The translations under genes were made by a program, and so were the position numbers. Below the pieces are notes generated by a model that saw only the letters and a list, made by a program, of their open reading frames with translations, was not told the DNA's origin and ran no database searches. DNA of 61,231 nt, filler included. It is 12 parts of 12 records of this genome, joined end to end, with 100 filler letters (N's around TTAATTAATTAA, not from the genome) between each part and the next. Parts side by side here need not be neighbours in the genome. Positions count along the whole stretch, not along the records: positions 22,742 to 26,560 come from SRR7504441_67058; positions 26,661 to 30,810 come from SRR7504441_67097; positions 30,911 to 34,791 come from SRR7504441_67388; positions 34,892 to 42,635 come from SRR7504441_67392; 8 more parts are not named here. One strand, given 5' to 3'. Below, piece after piece: positions 23,059-34,905 of the stretch (positions are counted from its first letter, which is position 1; the number at the start of each line of letters is the position of its first letter).

Positions 23059-24629
23059 ATGTCGGAAAAAGAGCTGTGGAGCGAGTTGGTTGAGCTGAAC
23101 ACCCGGCTGACCGCGCTGCAGGACGAGACCGACTCGCTCAATTTGCGCTGCTGCGAGCTCTTAGACGAGCAGGGCCAGCTAGAGGTAGACCTTGAGCACA
23201 TCCTGCACCCTCCCACTTCGTACTACGACCGGCATGACGGCATGCTGGCGCCGTGTCACGCAGTCTTGGAGGTCCCGCGATACGATGTCGGGATTCCCTT
23301 TATCGACGACCCTGAGGAGCGCGTACGCGTGCTCCAGCAGGAAATCTCGGCCGTGCAAAAGAAGATCAGCGCGCAGCAGGAGCAGGTGGCCAAGTTGGAG
23401 GAGGAGGAGAGGTCGCTCGGGGCGGCAGTCAGCGCTCTGAAGCTGCGGATCGCCTCGGTGCAGGTGATGCGCAAGGACCAGGCCGAACTCCAGAAGCAGC
23501 GCGAGGCGGTCCAGCTGGAGAAGGCGGACGCCAGGCGGCAGCACAGGCGGCTGGAGATCCAGTTGCAGACGCTCAAGCAGGAGGCCTACCAGTGGGCGCA
23601 GGCAAAGCTGCCCGAGGCAGAGCGGGTGAAACTACCGGAGGAAAGGTCGGTGGCTGCAGAGGTCGTGTACGCTCGGGCCGAGGCCTTTGTGCCGGCTGAA
23701 GAGAGGGCGGCAGCGCTGGCTGCCATGTCGCCTGAAGAGAGGGCGGCCGATGACCTCGGGCTCAACAGCATCAAGAGAGAGATCGTGGAGCTGCAGACCG
23801 AGGTAGGCCAGATCAATCAATCGGCGCAGCAGCTCTCGACGGAGGTCCGGGCGGCACGGCTGCAGGCGCTGGAGGGAGAGGTCGGGTACTACGCGCACTA
23901 CCAACAGCGGTACCCGGGCCTGGAATGGAAGCCGGCGTGCACCGTTGGGCTCGAAGGCACCAACGGTTGGGATTTGGCACAGTTGCAGCAGGCCAGCACG
24001 GAAGTGGATGGGCAGTGCTTGGAGCAGCAGAAAGCGACTCGTGCGACAGAGGCCAAGATTGCAGAGGTGGCGCTTTCGATCAAGAGAATGTTTCCGGATT
24101 ACGTCGAGGAGCTTACCATGCGCCCTGAGATGGAGTGCCGTGTCGCAACCCGGGAGCATGACATGCAGTACCATGGGGGGCATTACGAGCAGCGGGCTGT
24201 CACCGACTGGGAGTTGAGGGAGCAGGCTCGGGCCGAGATCAAGCGGGGCCGGGTGATGGTAAACATGGAGTCTGCCGACCTGGCCAAGCTCAACGCGCAC
24301 CTGGCCCGACTCGAGGACAAGCATAGTACATACAAAGCGCTCCACCAGGACCTTGCCGGCATGTATGCAGAGGTGCCGGCTGTTAGTAATAGATTGAGTC
24401 CGGGCTGCAGGCGTGCTCTTTCATCAAGGGCGCAAAGGGCACCGAGGGTCCGTTGCTCGCCAACGTGAATGATGTGTATGGATCGTACGAGCGTGTGGAC
24501 AGCAAGGTGTGGGTTCCAGATGATAGTGCGATGGTCTGTCGGATGCTCAGCTTGTGCAACGGGCGGCAAGACTTTAAGCCCGTGCTTGGCCTGGCGTGGG
24601 GCGCAGACGGCCGGCTGAATGCCAATTGA
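23059..24629 (+). CDS. Long coiled-coil protein of unknown function (start uncertain)
   Basis: Long heptad-rich ORF; a 38-nt intron after MYAE gives a terminal exon ending GRLNAN-TGA. Confidence 0.65.
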
Positions 24630-24943
24630 ACGGAGCCCTATTTATGAGTCAGCACATTGTGGTCCCTGCTCCAAAAGTGGTGTAATAAACCTATAAGGTT
24701 TCTACCTAGCGACGTTAATTGATCTACGGAGTATGAACGGAGTAACAATCCAGCCTTTAATCTCGATGCAACGAATTCAATACGAATTCAACTTTGAATT
24801 GCTTTCACAATAATAGTATAACGTTACAACTATAAAAACACAAGCTCAGCCCTCGATCGTTGTGGTTCAGTTATCGTGTTTCATTACTCTCGATCATGCG
24901 TACACGTGCTCGTACGTCCTCGTGGAAGATGTATGACTGAATG

Positions 24944-25933
24944 TCATAACTTGGCCTCTAATGCCATCTGACCCCTCCCATCCACTGAAGAATCCGCGCT
25001 AGTCAGAAACTCGATCGCCAGCTGAGCCACTTGCTCGCTCGGTGCTCCGGCCAGCGCAAACGCGTGATGCGGGCCGGGCACCCGGGCGATCCTCATCCGG
25101 CCGGTCACCCCGACCAGCGCCTGCATGACCGCCTGCCGCGCCCACAGACTCGTCTCTCCAACCCATGTATCAAACTGAATCAGCAGGCAGTCGGCCACAA
25201 TGTGCCGCTGGATCTCGAGGTCAGATTCGAGCGATGTCCGCGCGTGGTTGAGCTCCACATTCGTCAGAAGCTCTCGGTCCCACCCCGGCAACACGGCGGC
25301 GCTGGTCGCGCTCACCGCACGGTAGTTTCGGCGGTGGATGTTTGAGGCGGCCGTAGAGTCCAGAGGAAAGATGGAGGCCTGGCTGGCCTCGAGCCGGGCG
25401 CTTATGGCCGCCTCTATTGAGCTGAACTGCCTCGGCCGGCTTTGGCCCGCGTGGGCTGAGCGGAGCAGCTTCCCAATCGAGGCCCGCAGCGGCCGCCGAA
25501 TCCCGAAAGGCCCCATGGTCTCGCCTTCGGCCACGGCCGGCGGTGGGAAGCCGTTATCGAGGAACACTGCCCTGCCGACCAGCTCCGGTGCTGCGCCGGC
25601 GATCAGACTGGCCACCTCCCCGCCGTAGCTGTGACCGATCAGCCGGAGCGGCGCCGGGATGCTGAGGGCACGGGCGAAGCTCACCACGGTCTGGGCCATT
25701 TGGGGCATGGTGTACCGGCCCGTGTGCTCGGATCGGCCGTGCCCGGGCAGGTCCAGCGCCAGTACGCGGCACTGAGCGGCCGCGGCGATCGCCGGCCCGA
25801 TGACATCGAAGGCGCCGGCTGAGTCCATATACCCGTGGACAGCGATCACGGGCGGTCGAGACTCGCGGGAAGGCCGGTGCTCGATGTAGGCCACCAGCTC
25901 GCCGTACGGCTCCACCCGCACCGACTGCTCCAT
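24944..25933 (-). CDS. Alpha/beta hydrolase (SERHL-like) with PTS1 peroxisomal signal; intronless
   Basis: VHGYMDSAGAF, LDLPGHGRS, nucleophile motif GHSYG, PGPHH; C-terminal -AKL. Confidence 0.88.
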   Translation of the reverse strand: MEQSVRVEPYGELVAYIEHRPSRESRPPVIAVHGYMDSAGAFDVIGPAIAAAAQCRVLALDLPGHGRSEHTGRYTMPQMAQTVVSFARALSIPAPLRLIGHSYGGEVASLIAGAAPELVGRAVFLDNGFPPPAVAEGETMGPFGIRRPLRASIGKLLRSAHAGQSRPRQFSSIEAAISARLEASQASIFPLDSTAASNIHRRNYRAVSATSAAVLPGWDRELLTNVELNHARTSLESDLEIQRHIVADCLLIQFDTWVGETSLWARQAVMQALVGVTGRMRIARVPGPHHAFALAGAPSEQVAQLAIEFLTSADSSVDGRGQMALEAKL

Positions 25934-26218
25934 CGCTGCGGAACTCACTCCAGCGCCCGCTTTGTCGAGCCGCCGCCGCTGCCTCCACTGCAAGTACTGG
26001 CACCTTGCCGTTACGTTGGCACATCACATCACATACGTACCTATACTCGTAGCGGTGGAAACGGGCGTAAGCAATAGAATTAATAAGTCTTTACCAAGCG
26101 GGAGGACGGCGCCGCAGGCATACATTATCATTACATGTACATCAGTGTACATTATACTCGTATAATTATACGTGCTAGTGCTAGCATGATGCACGAACCA
26201 CTCACGCCACTCATTTAT

Positions 26219-26560
26219 TCATGAATCCCATCCAGGAGGAAGTGGCGGCCAATACGATCCACCGCAGTGGTATGGCCAATAATCCTCAGGTTTAGAAGAC
26301 TCCCTCTTGAGAGCACCTGAATATCCCAAGGCGTTGAACATAATCCCAGGGCGTTGTGATCGTAGATTCCTGATTGCATCTAGTAGACGATGTGATACAA
26401 AGCGAGCTGTATTGTTGGGTCTCCACTTCTCGTCAATCAAGTCGATATAACACAGCTCGGGACATATTGTTGGGTCAGCAGCAAGGGTGTCAATGCAGTC
26501 TCTTGAAAGGTTGCGAGCTGGAATGCTCAGCGCTGTGAGTGACGGGCAATTCTGAAATAG
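26219..26560 (-). CDS. C-terminal fragment of an LRR/F-box-like protein, 5' truncated
   Basis: Frame open from the contig edge: LFQNCPSLTALSI...ICPELCYIDL. Confidence 0.5.
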   Translation of the reverse strand, partial: LFQNCPSLTALSIPARNLSRDCIDTLAADPTICPELCYIDLIDEKWRPNNTARFVSHRLLDAIRNLRSQRPGIMFNALGYSGALKRESSKPEDYWPYHCGGSYWPPLPPGWDS

Positions 26561-26660
26561 NNNNNNNNNNNNNNNNNNNNNNNNNNNNNNNNNNNNNNNN
26601 NNNNTTAATTAATTAANNNNNNNNNNNNNNNNNNNNNNNNNNNNNNNNNNNNNNNNNNNN
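26561..26660. other. Artificial contig linker
   Basis: N44-TTAATTAATTAA-N44. Confidence 0.99.
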
Positions 26661-26663
26661 GAG

Positions 26664-27662
26664 ATGGCGGCCGGGCCTGGGGACGAGGCGATGATCCGGG
26701 AGCTGACCCGGCGGCTGCGGGAGGCCGACGCGATCATCGAGCACCTCCAGTCCCAATATGAGCCGCTGGCCGACAGGGCGGCCGAGCAGCAGCAGCAGCT
26801 GGCGCTGGCCAAGGCGGGCGAGGAGGAGGCCCGGATGGCGGTGGGCAAGATGGAGCGCGAGATCGAGCAGCTGCTCGCCCCTTCGCTCGCCGAGCTCAGG
26901 ACGGTGCGCGAGCAGATGCTCATGGAGCGGGCGGTGCACTGCGAGCGGCAGGACGAGCTGACGGCCGAGCGGGACCAAGCCGCGAGCCGGGCGACCGAGC
27001 TCAAGGACGGGCTGGACCAGGCCGAGCAGCGCGAGATGCAGCTGGCCAAGCGGCTCGACCAGAGCGACACGGCGCTGCTGGCCGAGCGAGTGGATCACAG
27101 CGAGGCTGTGGCCAGGCTCCGGCAGGAGGCCGGGGCGATGGCCGGGCTGATGGACCAAGCGGTCGAGCGGAACAAGGCGCTCGAGGCCCAGCTGGCCGAG
27201 GCGGTCGAGCAAGTGGACGCGCTGGCGGCAGCCAACGCGCGGATGGTCGCGAATGTGGAGGCTGCGGCGAGCTCAGCCGGCGAGTCCGAGGGCCGGGCCG
27301 AGCTGGCCGACCAGGAGCGAGCCAAGAGCATAGCCGAGATGCAGGAGCTGGTCAGCTCGCTCCAGAGCGCGCTGCGGGAGTCTCAGGCCGGCAAGATTGC
27401 GCTCGAGTCACAGCTGAGTGCCGTCTCACACTCGGTGGCCAAGGCCTCACCGGAGCACAGGCCGCGGACACCGGAGCCGCCGGCCCGGGGAGGCTACAGC
27501 GGCGGGTACAAGTTCCAGACCTCGGCCGGGCTGTACGGGGCGAGCTCAGCCAGCCAGCCCAGGCTAGTGTACGGGCTGCCTGGGCCCAGGCTCAGCCCGA
27601 GGAGCGGGCCCGGCAGCGACATGTTCGGGGCCCGGTTCCCCAACTTGGCCCGGCACCTGTGA
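26664..27662 (+). CDS. Coiled-coil protein with low-complexity tail
   Basis: 332-aa ORF with high GC3 and heptad pattern; may be 5' truncated. Confidence 0.7.
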   Translation: MAAGPGDEAMIRELTRRLREADAIIEHLQSQYEPLADRAAEQQQQLALAKAGEEEARMAVGKMEREIEQLLAPSLAELRTVREQMLMERAVHCERQDELTAERDQAASRATELKDGLDQAEQREMQLAKRLDQSDTALLAERVDHSEAVARLRQEAGAMAGLMDQAVERNKALEAQLAEAVEQVDALAAANARMVANVEAAASSAGESEGRAELADQERAKSIAEMQELVSSLQSALRESQAGKIALESQLSAVSHSVAKASPEHRPRTPEPPARGGYSGGYKFQTSAGLYGASSASQPRLVYGLPGPRLSPRSGPGSDMFGARFPNLARHL

Positions 27663-28001
27663 GCGGCGAGGAGCGTTGGGCGCTGTATACGCCACGGGTT
27701 GGGCGGATCCATCGCACTTGTCAATCGAAGCTCTGTCGAGGACTTATCATTAGTCGATGTTTACTGTTGTTCACATCGATTGATGGAATACACTAGTAAA
27801 TCGGTTTCCGATCAATGAATCTAGCGGTCTAGCTTTACTACCGATAGTTACATGTACGTAGATTACACAGACCCACACCCACCAGGGCTGGTGAGAGTTG
27901 AGACAGCCTCGAGCGGCACCCGACATTTCAACCGCACGACACAACTCACACAAGCCTCACAAGCCGGTCGGGAGGTGCACGTGCGGTACGGCCGGGAGAC
28001 C

Positions 28002-29744
28002 ATGAAGGCCCGGGCGCTGATCACCACCTTGGCGCTGGTCGCACTCAGCCAACCGGGGGCCGGCGAGCCGGTGGGGGACGCCTGGGACCGAGCCGGCTGG
28101 AACGCGACCGGTGTCGGGCAGGACGCAGCCGAGTTCGAGCGATGGACCGCCGAGCTGCTCACACACAAGCCCAAGCACTATCTGCAGCGGGCGGTGCACA
28201 TGGCCATGGCCGGCCAGATCTTCGCCGAGCACTGCCTGGCCGGCGCCTCGGGCGACTCGGCCTGCACCGCGGCGTACATGGAGAGCGCCATCCAGGTGGC
28301 CACCATCATGGGGCTGCACATGATCCAGGACAAGACGGCCCAGTGCTGCACGCTCGGCCAGCTGGCGGCGATGGCCGCACGCCGGTACCGGGCGCGCACC
28401 CCGCAGCTGGACGAGTACATGCAGGGCCTCAACTGCACCACCCCGACCGGAGTGTCCACCTTAGTCGGGCTGGGCAAGATCAGCTGCCACGGACCCCGCA
28501 AGTGGCTCTCGTCTCTGGCGGAGCTCCGGAGAGCGGTGTGGCTGGTGATGTCGCGGGCCTCGCCCAAGGACGCCGAGCGGTTTGGGGTGGTCAAAGTAGC
28601 CGCCGGGATGTTTGAGCGGTCGAGCTGCTCAGGGTTGCTCTGCTGGAGCCATGAGCTAGCGCTCGAGGATACCGGGATCCGGGTGGCAGCCCCCGAGTGG
28701 GCCACGCGCAAGCCGCTCGAGGGCAAGCCGGGCAAGTTGTTCTTCGACATGTTCCACGCGGTTACGTTCAGTCCTCTTGAGCAGGACAAGGCGACAATTG
28801 TGTTCCGGCGGAACTTTGGCGAGCAGCACGCCGAGGGCAGTGAGGTGGCTTGCAGGGCAGGCCAGGGCTGACCCGTTGCAGCTGGTGCTGGTGCAAGCTC
28901 AGCGGAACGGGGACCGTCTGGAGGCTGTGAAGCTGGCCAATGGCGAGTGGCTGGCGACACTCTGTGACGGGGAAGACCCTCGTACAGTCTGGTTCGAAGG
29001 CCGGCTGGTCATCTACGTGCAGACGCTCATCAACGTCGAGAAGGAGCGGGGCGAGGTGATCCTGGGCTGGGCTTGGACGGGACGGGCGGGCAGGGTATGT
29101 ACGAACTGGTCAACTCGGTGATCGACACGGCCAGTTGGAAGAGGACGGTGCTGGTGCCTCCCGAGCGGACCAACTCGCAGGTGGCGCCGTACGGGAAGAA
29201 CTGGGTCCCGTTCAGCTTCAAAGGCCAGCTGCACTTTATATACAGCCTGAGCCCGCTCCGCGTGATGCGCTGCCCTGCAGTCGGTGAAGGTGTGCAGCAC
29301 TGTGAGTGGGTCAAAACAAAGAGCGAGAAGGATAAACCGGTGTCTGTTGGGATTTTCCGGGGCGGTTCAAATGGGCTCACTGTGCTCGATAAGTACGGCC
29401 GCGAGGCGATGCTGGTAGGCGCCGGTCACATGACTTTCACTGGTTACTCGCACTCGCCATTCGTGTGGCGGCTGGACCTGCAGAGTTGGAAGCTAGAGTA
29501 CTCGATGCTCGACCCGGACATGCCGATCTCGCCAGTGCCCGGGTTCCCGATCGTGGACCCCACCTCGATCTATGTGCACAAGAAGCGTTTCTACGCGGCG
29601 ATTACAATCAGGCGGCACCCGGACGATACTACGTTCACTCAGGAGCACATGCAGACTCGGGTGTATAGGCTGAGCTCGAAGTTATTGCCTGAGCTAGGGA
29701 TGCACAAGCACAAAGTGCTTTACTACGAGCACGAGTGCAGATAG
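28002..29744 (+). CDS. Secreted protein with C-terminal five-bladed beta-propeller (GH130/beta-mannosyltransferase-like); 2 introns
   Basis: Signal peptide MKARALITTLALVALS; GEDPR, KNWVPF, FIYSLSPLRV and FRGGSNG motifs; 37- and 38-nt GT-AG introns join three ORFs. Confidence 0.6.
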
Positions 29745-29951
29745 CTTTATGATAATGAAAAGTAGAACTCAGGACTTCTCGGTACATGTAAGTTGGTACG
29801 AGTACATCTATTATTAATAACGATGCATGCGATGTGTAAGCAGTCTGTCTACGTCCGTATACGTACTGTAACCTGTTCTTGCACATGATTACAAGTCTCG
29901 ACTATGATCTAACTATAATTACGCCCTCTATGACTGTAATATACCACCCTT

Positions 29952-30810
29952 TTAGAGAACGATGGGCTTCAGGCGCAGCGCTTGATTGTCCCGCTTCAGC
30001 TGTTCGATTTCTGCTCGTAGCCCCTTGTTTTCAGCATCGATCTCTTGAGCACCCTGGATCAGCTGCTTGGCCACCGTTTCTACCTTTGGTTTAGTCCCGA
30101 TTGGAATGCCTGCCAGCTCCTTGGACATTCCTGTGAAATCCCAAGCAATAGTTTCATTGTATCTTCCGCTGTGCACAATCAACACTTGAGTCAAAGCAAG
30201 TAGGTGCAGCACCTGGGATTGACCTCATTCGCGTCCTTGACAATAGCGGCGAGTTCGGCTTTTGCTTGTTCACCAAATATGCCTGCAAATGATACAAGGT
30301 ATGGATCATTTGGGTCGACAAACTCACAGCTCTTCGAACTCTCTGCCTGCTTCAAAATTTCTAGCACCTCCGTAAGTTTTGTCTGAATCTTTTTAGTCCG
30401 TTTCCCTTTGCGAGGATCTCTCTCCTTGCCAACTTCGGACGTCTGTAACTCCTCATCTAGTTCCTTCTTGAGACTTTTAGCCCTTTCCTCAAAGCCTTGC
30501 CACATAGCGAGCTTCGGACCGAATGGCCCTGGGATTCTTTTACGTTGCTCTGCACTGGGCTGGGGGTCACAAGTGAACATTGGCCATTCTCGCGGACTGC
30601 CAAACAACAACTCCTTTATCGCTTCCAACTCTGATGCCAGTTCTTGGGTCCGAGGATCCGTCTTCAGCACGGGGATGATGTCCTCGAAGTTCTCATAGCG
30701 TATCCACTTGCTCCTGTAAAACGGCATCCATTTGGTGTTCGTGACCATAGACGCGATCTTCGACACCTTTAAGGTTCCAATGTATTGTCCACCACCGATG
30801 CTGTAACAAC
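29952..30810 (-). CDS. Hypothetical protein, 5' truncated; lower GC; one 44-nt intron
   Basis: ORFs 30191..30766 and 29952..30212 joined by GTGCTG...GCACAG; C-terminal coiled coil. Confidence 0.5.
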
Positions 30811-30910
30811 NNNNNNNNNNNNNNNNNNNNNNNNNNNNNNNNNNNNNNNNNNNNTTAATTAATTAANNNNNNNNNNNNNNNNNNNNNNNNNNNNNNNNNN
30901 NNNNNNNNNN
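30811..30910. other. Artificial contig linker
   Basis: N44-TTAATTAATTAA-N44. Confidence 0.99.
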
Positions 30911-32647
30911 CGGCGAGATGCTCTACGAGCTGTTCCAGAATGAATGCGACTCCAACAAGCCGTACCTGTGTGCGGCCACGGCTGTGCCCCTGAACGTCAC
31001 CTGCGAACCTGCTACGGAATCAGGCGAGCACCCTTGCCCAGTTTATAAGCAACAAATTGCCAGCCAGGGCTTCCCATGCCCGACTGAGGGGGGAATGTTG
31101 TGCACGTGTTACGGAAAGAAGGAGAGCCCCGCGGTTTGCAAGAACGGCGGGTTCGCCAACTTTCTCAATGACGTCGGAAAGGATTCGCCAATATTCTGGG
31201 GCAGAAGAAGGAGAATGGATATGCGAGAGGCACCGCACCGGACTAAGGTCCCATTGGAGATTACAACTCTGGATACCGGTATCCGTTACACGCACCAGAA
31301 GCAGATCATCGCCAACCCGGAGACCACCACAAGCTGGGGAGGGCGGCTGATCGGGTACATGCATGACTCGCCCGAATCCAACGGGCGACGGCGCCAATAC
31401 ACAGCGAAGCAACTGTGGGCGCCGAATCCACCGAAACAAATTTACGTGGATCAGCGTCCCAGCAATACGGATGCGGTCCCAGTTTGCCAGTGGGAGCTGT
31501 GCGGCTGCACCCTCCGGACGGCGTTTGACAAAACTTTTTCAGTCGACCTGGGGTATGCGCTCGCGGCTGATACCACGCACGCCAATACTACCTTCGGTAC
31601 CGGTACGATACCTTCGTGTGGCAGGCACACGTCGCAGCAGATCTGGGAGACCATCTACCCAGCGACCGTGTCACAGATCAAATGGAACGAACCGGCGGGA
31701 GTAGCCCCGACTTGCCAGGAGCTGCTGTCGCAGTTCCCTAACGCCATCTGCGATTGCGGAGGGACCAACTACCCCCCGTGCAAGCCATACTACAATGGAA
31801 CAGGGGTTGGGTATGCAAACTTCCTCAACTCCATCATGTACAAGGAGGCGCCTCTGATCGCTCACCCGGAGCTGACCACCAGCACGGGTGGGCACACGGT
31901 TGGATACCTCACCGACACCTTCCAGTTCAGCCATATCGATGCTGGCCAAATAAGCAAACGGGAGATTTACATCGTGTATCGCAATGTATCACCTCACGGC
32001 AACTCTTGGCAGTGGGGCGTTTCGGTTGGAAGCATGCCGCTCACAAGAACCGAACCAAGGACGAATGGCATGTCGATTTTCGAGGTGCAAGGCGATACGG
32101 CGTTTATCGGTCCAAGAGGTGTGATCGCGACATCGGGAGACCACTTTGTATCCGGCATTTCGCGTCAGCAAGGTACAATGCTGGATCAATTTCAAGGCTT
32201 TGTCACACCGGTTGATGATCAAAATAAACACGTTTCCACTTCCCGAACGGACAGTGAAATTGAAGCATTCGTCAAAAGTTGGGAAAGAAGGAGAGTCAAA
32301 AGTTGGGTGCAAAAACATCCGGGATACCGCCTGAAAGGTCCAAACGCTCTGACCTTTGTGGCAGATCTGTTTGAATTCATGACGGGAAGTTCACTAGATA
32401 TGGGCATGTTCCAAGAGGGGGGGATTCCAAGTTCAAAAGGTGGGTGGGTACATGCCCCAATCACAAGCTCGACTTTTGGACGGAGTACATTGGAGCAGGG
32501 GTTGGGATGAACCGATCGACCCTGTACATGACGGCCGACTGGATGCAGTGGGATAGGTACCAGAACAACGAATTGGACCGTGCGGCTGGAATGAAGACGC
32601 ACCGCACCAGGTGGATACGCTCGCTAGCCGGGTGTCAATTGAATTGA
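30911..32647 (+). CDS. Cys-rich repeat protein with degenerate PPPDE/permuted-papain-like C-terminal domain; 5' truncated
   Basis: 530-aa ORF with two ANFLN...IAxPExTTSxGG..GY repeats; YRLKGPNALTFVADLFEFMTG; 3' end uncertain (32510 or 32647). Confidence 0.5.
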
Positions 32648-32968
32648 ATATGATCACTGGCCCTGCCGTCACGTAAACGTAGAACTATTTGATCAACCTC
32701 GTTGCTCCCGTACGTGCTTCGGCTGAGTACAGTTCCGTCGGAAGTCAGTCGCATTATCTTACGTAATTAATTACTTGTATAGCAATGAATCATCTAATGA
32801 TCATGGTTATGGGCTATAGAGAATGATACACTAATCTAGAGCGCTTCGAGCATTCTCTCGTCCAGCCGTATTATAGCCTTACGATCGCCCGCCCCCTCGA
32901 AGCGCAGTCCGCCTGCAGTCCATGACTCCCGAATGAACCAAACGGCCACCCGCTGCTGTCGTGATTCG

Positions 32969-34755
32969 ATGCTGGGCATTCGGGTCGCCGGCACTTTGCT
33001 GCTGTGGCTCGGGGGGTTAGGGTTGGCACGAGCCACGTCCTCGCCCAAGCCGCGAGCCACGTCCTCGCCCAAGCCGCACCTGCTCCTGATGCTGGCCGAC
33101 GATCTCGGTACTGCAGCGTCCTCCAACCTCCTGCTGAGCTTGGACAGGGTACGCCAACGTTGGCTGGCACAACCCGGCGCTGATCACGCCCAGCCTGGAC
33201 CAGTTGTCCTCCCAGGGCGTCCGGTTGGAACGGCACTACGTCTACCAGTTCTGTTCGCCCTCCCGGGCTTCGTTGATGACCGGTCGGTACCCAGTGCACG
33301 TGCAGGAGACCATGGGCCCGTATTGGACCAGCTACACCGGCCCGCCCACCAACATGACCATACTGCCGGCCAAGCTGGCCCAGGAAGCTGGCTATAAGAC
33401 CCATCACGTCGGCAAGTGGTGAGCGCCGTAGCTGGGCGGGATGCTATGGGCTGGCAGGCACCTTGGCGCGTACAGCCAGGCGGCGCTTGCGGTAGGGCGA
33501 GGGTTCGGGAGCTCGTTCGGGTTCCTTGACGGGATGGAGGACCACTGGAACCACCGGATGCAGGGCTGCAACGTCACTGGCAAGCCGGACCAGCAGGGCG
33601 CATCTGCCGACCTGCCGGGCACCCAGTGGGGCTGCTGGGGCAACGCTCAGCCTCTGGAGAGCTGCGATCAGCTGTCGTGCAACGGAAACCTGAGCGGCTC
33701 GTTCGACACCGACTTGTGGCGCGATCGGCGGCCTGCCGAGTCGCGGGCGGGCCAGTTCTCGCAGGACATTTACGAGCACGAAATCCGGTCAATCATTCGA
33801 GAGCACGACCTGTCCACGCCTCTGTTCATGTACATGGCCTTCCAGCTTGTCCACTCGCCCATACAGGTGCCGCACCGGTTCATACAGCTGTACGATAAGC
33901 AGAAGCATCCGTTCCTGGGGCTGCGTAAGGCCTGGGGGTTTGTTTCGGCCCTCGACGAGTCAATTGGCCGGATTGTAGCAGAAGTGAGAGCGCGGCCGGG
34001 CATGTGGCAGAACACGCTCATTGTTTTCTCGAGTGATAACGGTGCAGGGAGAAGCTAGTCTGGTGGCTTGATGGTGGGCAGGTGGGCCGTTGGAGACCAT
34101 GACCAACCACCCTCTACGTGGAGGTAAGTTCAGCGACTTCGAGGGAGGCACGAGGTCTGTGGCGTTTGTATCCGGAGGGCTGCTACCTCCGAGTGTGAGG
34201 GGCACGGTCAGCCACGGATATGCAATGCTCGCGGACTGGTGGGTGACTCTGTCGGGCCTTGCCGGGCTGGATGCCAAGGACAGTCGGGCGGAGGCTGCGG
34301 GGCTGCCAAAGGTGGATGGGCTCGACCTCTGGCCGATGCTGAGCGGCCGCAACCTGACTAGTCCACGGACCGAGCTGCCGATTTCACGGAACACGCTCAT
34401 TTCAGGCGACTGGAAGCTGATGTCTGGAGAGCAACGGTATAACACCTGGAGTCCGCTCACTGGCTGGCCGGCCGACTTTGAGTGCACCGACAGAAATGGG
34501 TCCCACCCGCTCAATTGCTCGCACGGCTGTCTGTTCAACCTCAGGGAAGATCCTAGTGAGCGGGAGGACTTGTCGGAGCGAAACGCGAGCGTGCACAAGC
34601 AGATGTTTGAGCGGCTGGCCGGTGTGCAAGCCAGCGTGTGGCACAATTGCGACCCTCCCTCGCATTGCGAGCATATCGAAGCGGCCGATTATTGTGCGAA
34701 TGCTCACAAGGTGTACGACGATGTCTACGGGCCGCTTCGAGGTGTGTACATGTAG
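32969..34755 (+). CDS. Secreted arylsulfatase B-like (S1) sulfatase; 3 introns
   Basis: Signal peptide; ADDLG|YANVGW; FGly motif CSPSRASLMTG; GKW|HLG; SDNG|G; introns of 40, 39 and 40 nt. Confidence 0.95.
33029..33076 (+). repeat. Perfect 24-nt in-frame tandem duplication (RATSSPKP x2) in the sulfatase leader
   Basis: CGAGCCACGTCCTCGCCCAAGCCG repeated twice. Confidence 0.9.
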
Positions 34756-34791
34756 CTCTAGCGTCGGTCGCGCTCGAACGACCACCCGCCC

Positions 34792-34891
34792 NNNNNNNNN
34801 NNNNNNNNNNNNNNNNNNNNNNNNNNNNNNNNNNNTTAATTAATTAANNNNNNNNNNNNNNNNNNNNNNNNNNNNNNNNNNNNNNNNNNNN
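34792..34891. other. Artificial contig linker
   Basis: N44-TTAATTAATTAA-N44. Confidence 0.99.
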
Positions 34892-34905
34892 AGTAGAACT
34901 CCAGT

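Noticed and set aside
33014-33024. Telomere-like GGGTTAGGGTT
   Set aside because: Fewer than two units and lies in the sulfatase signal-peptide codons.
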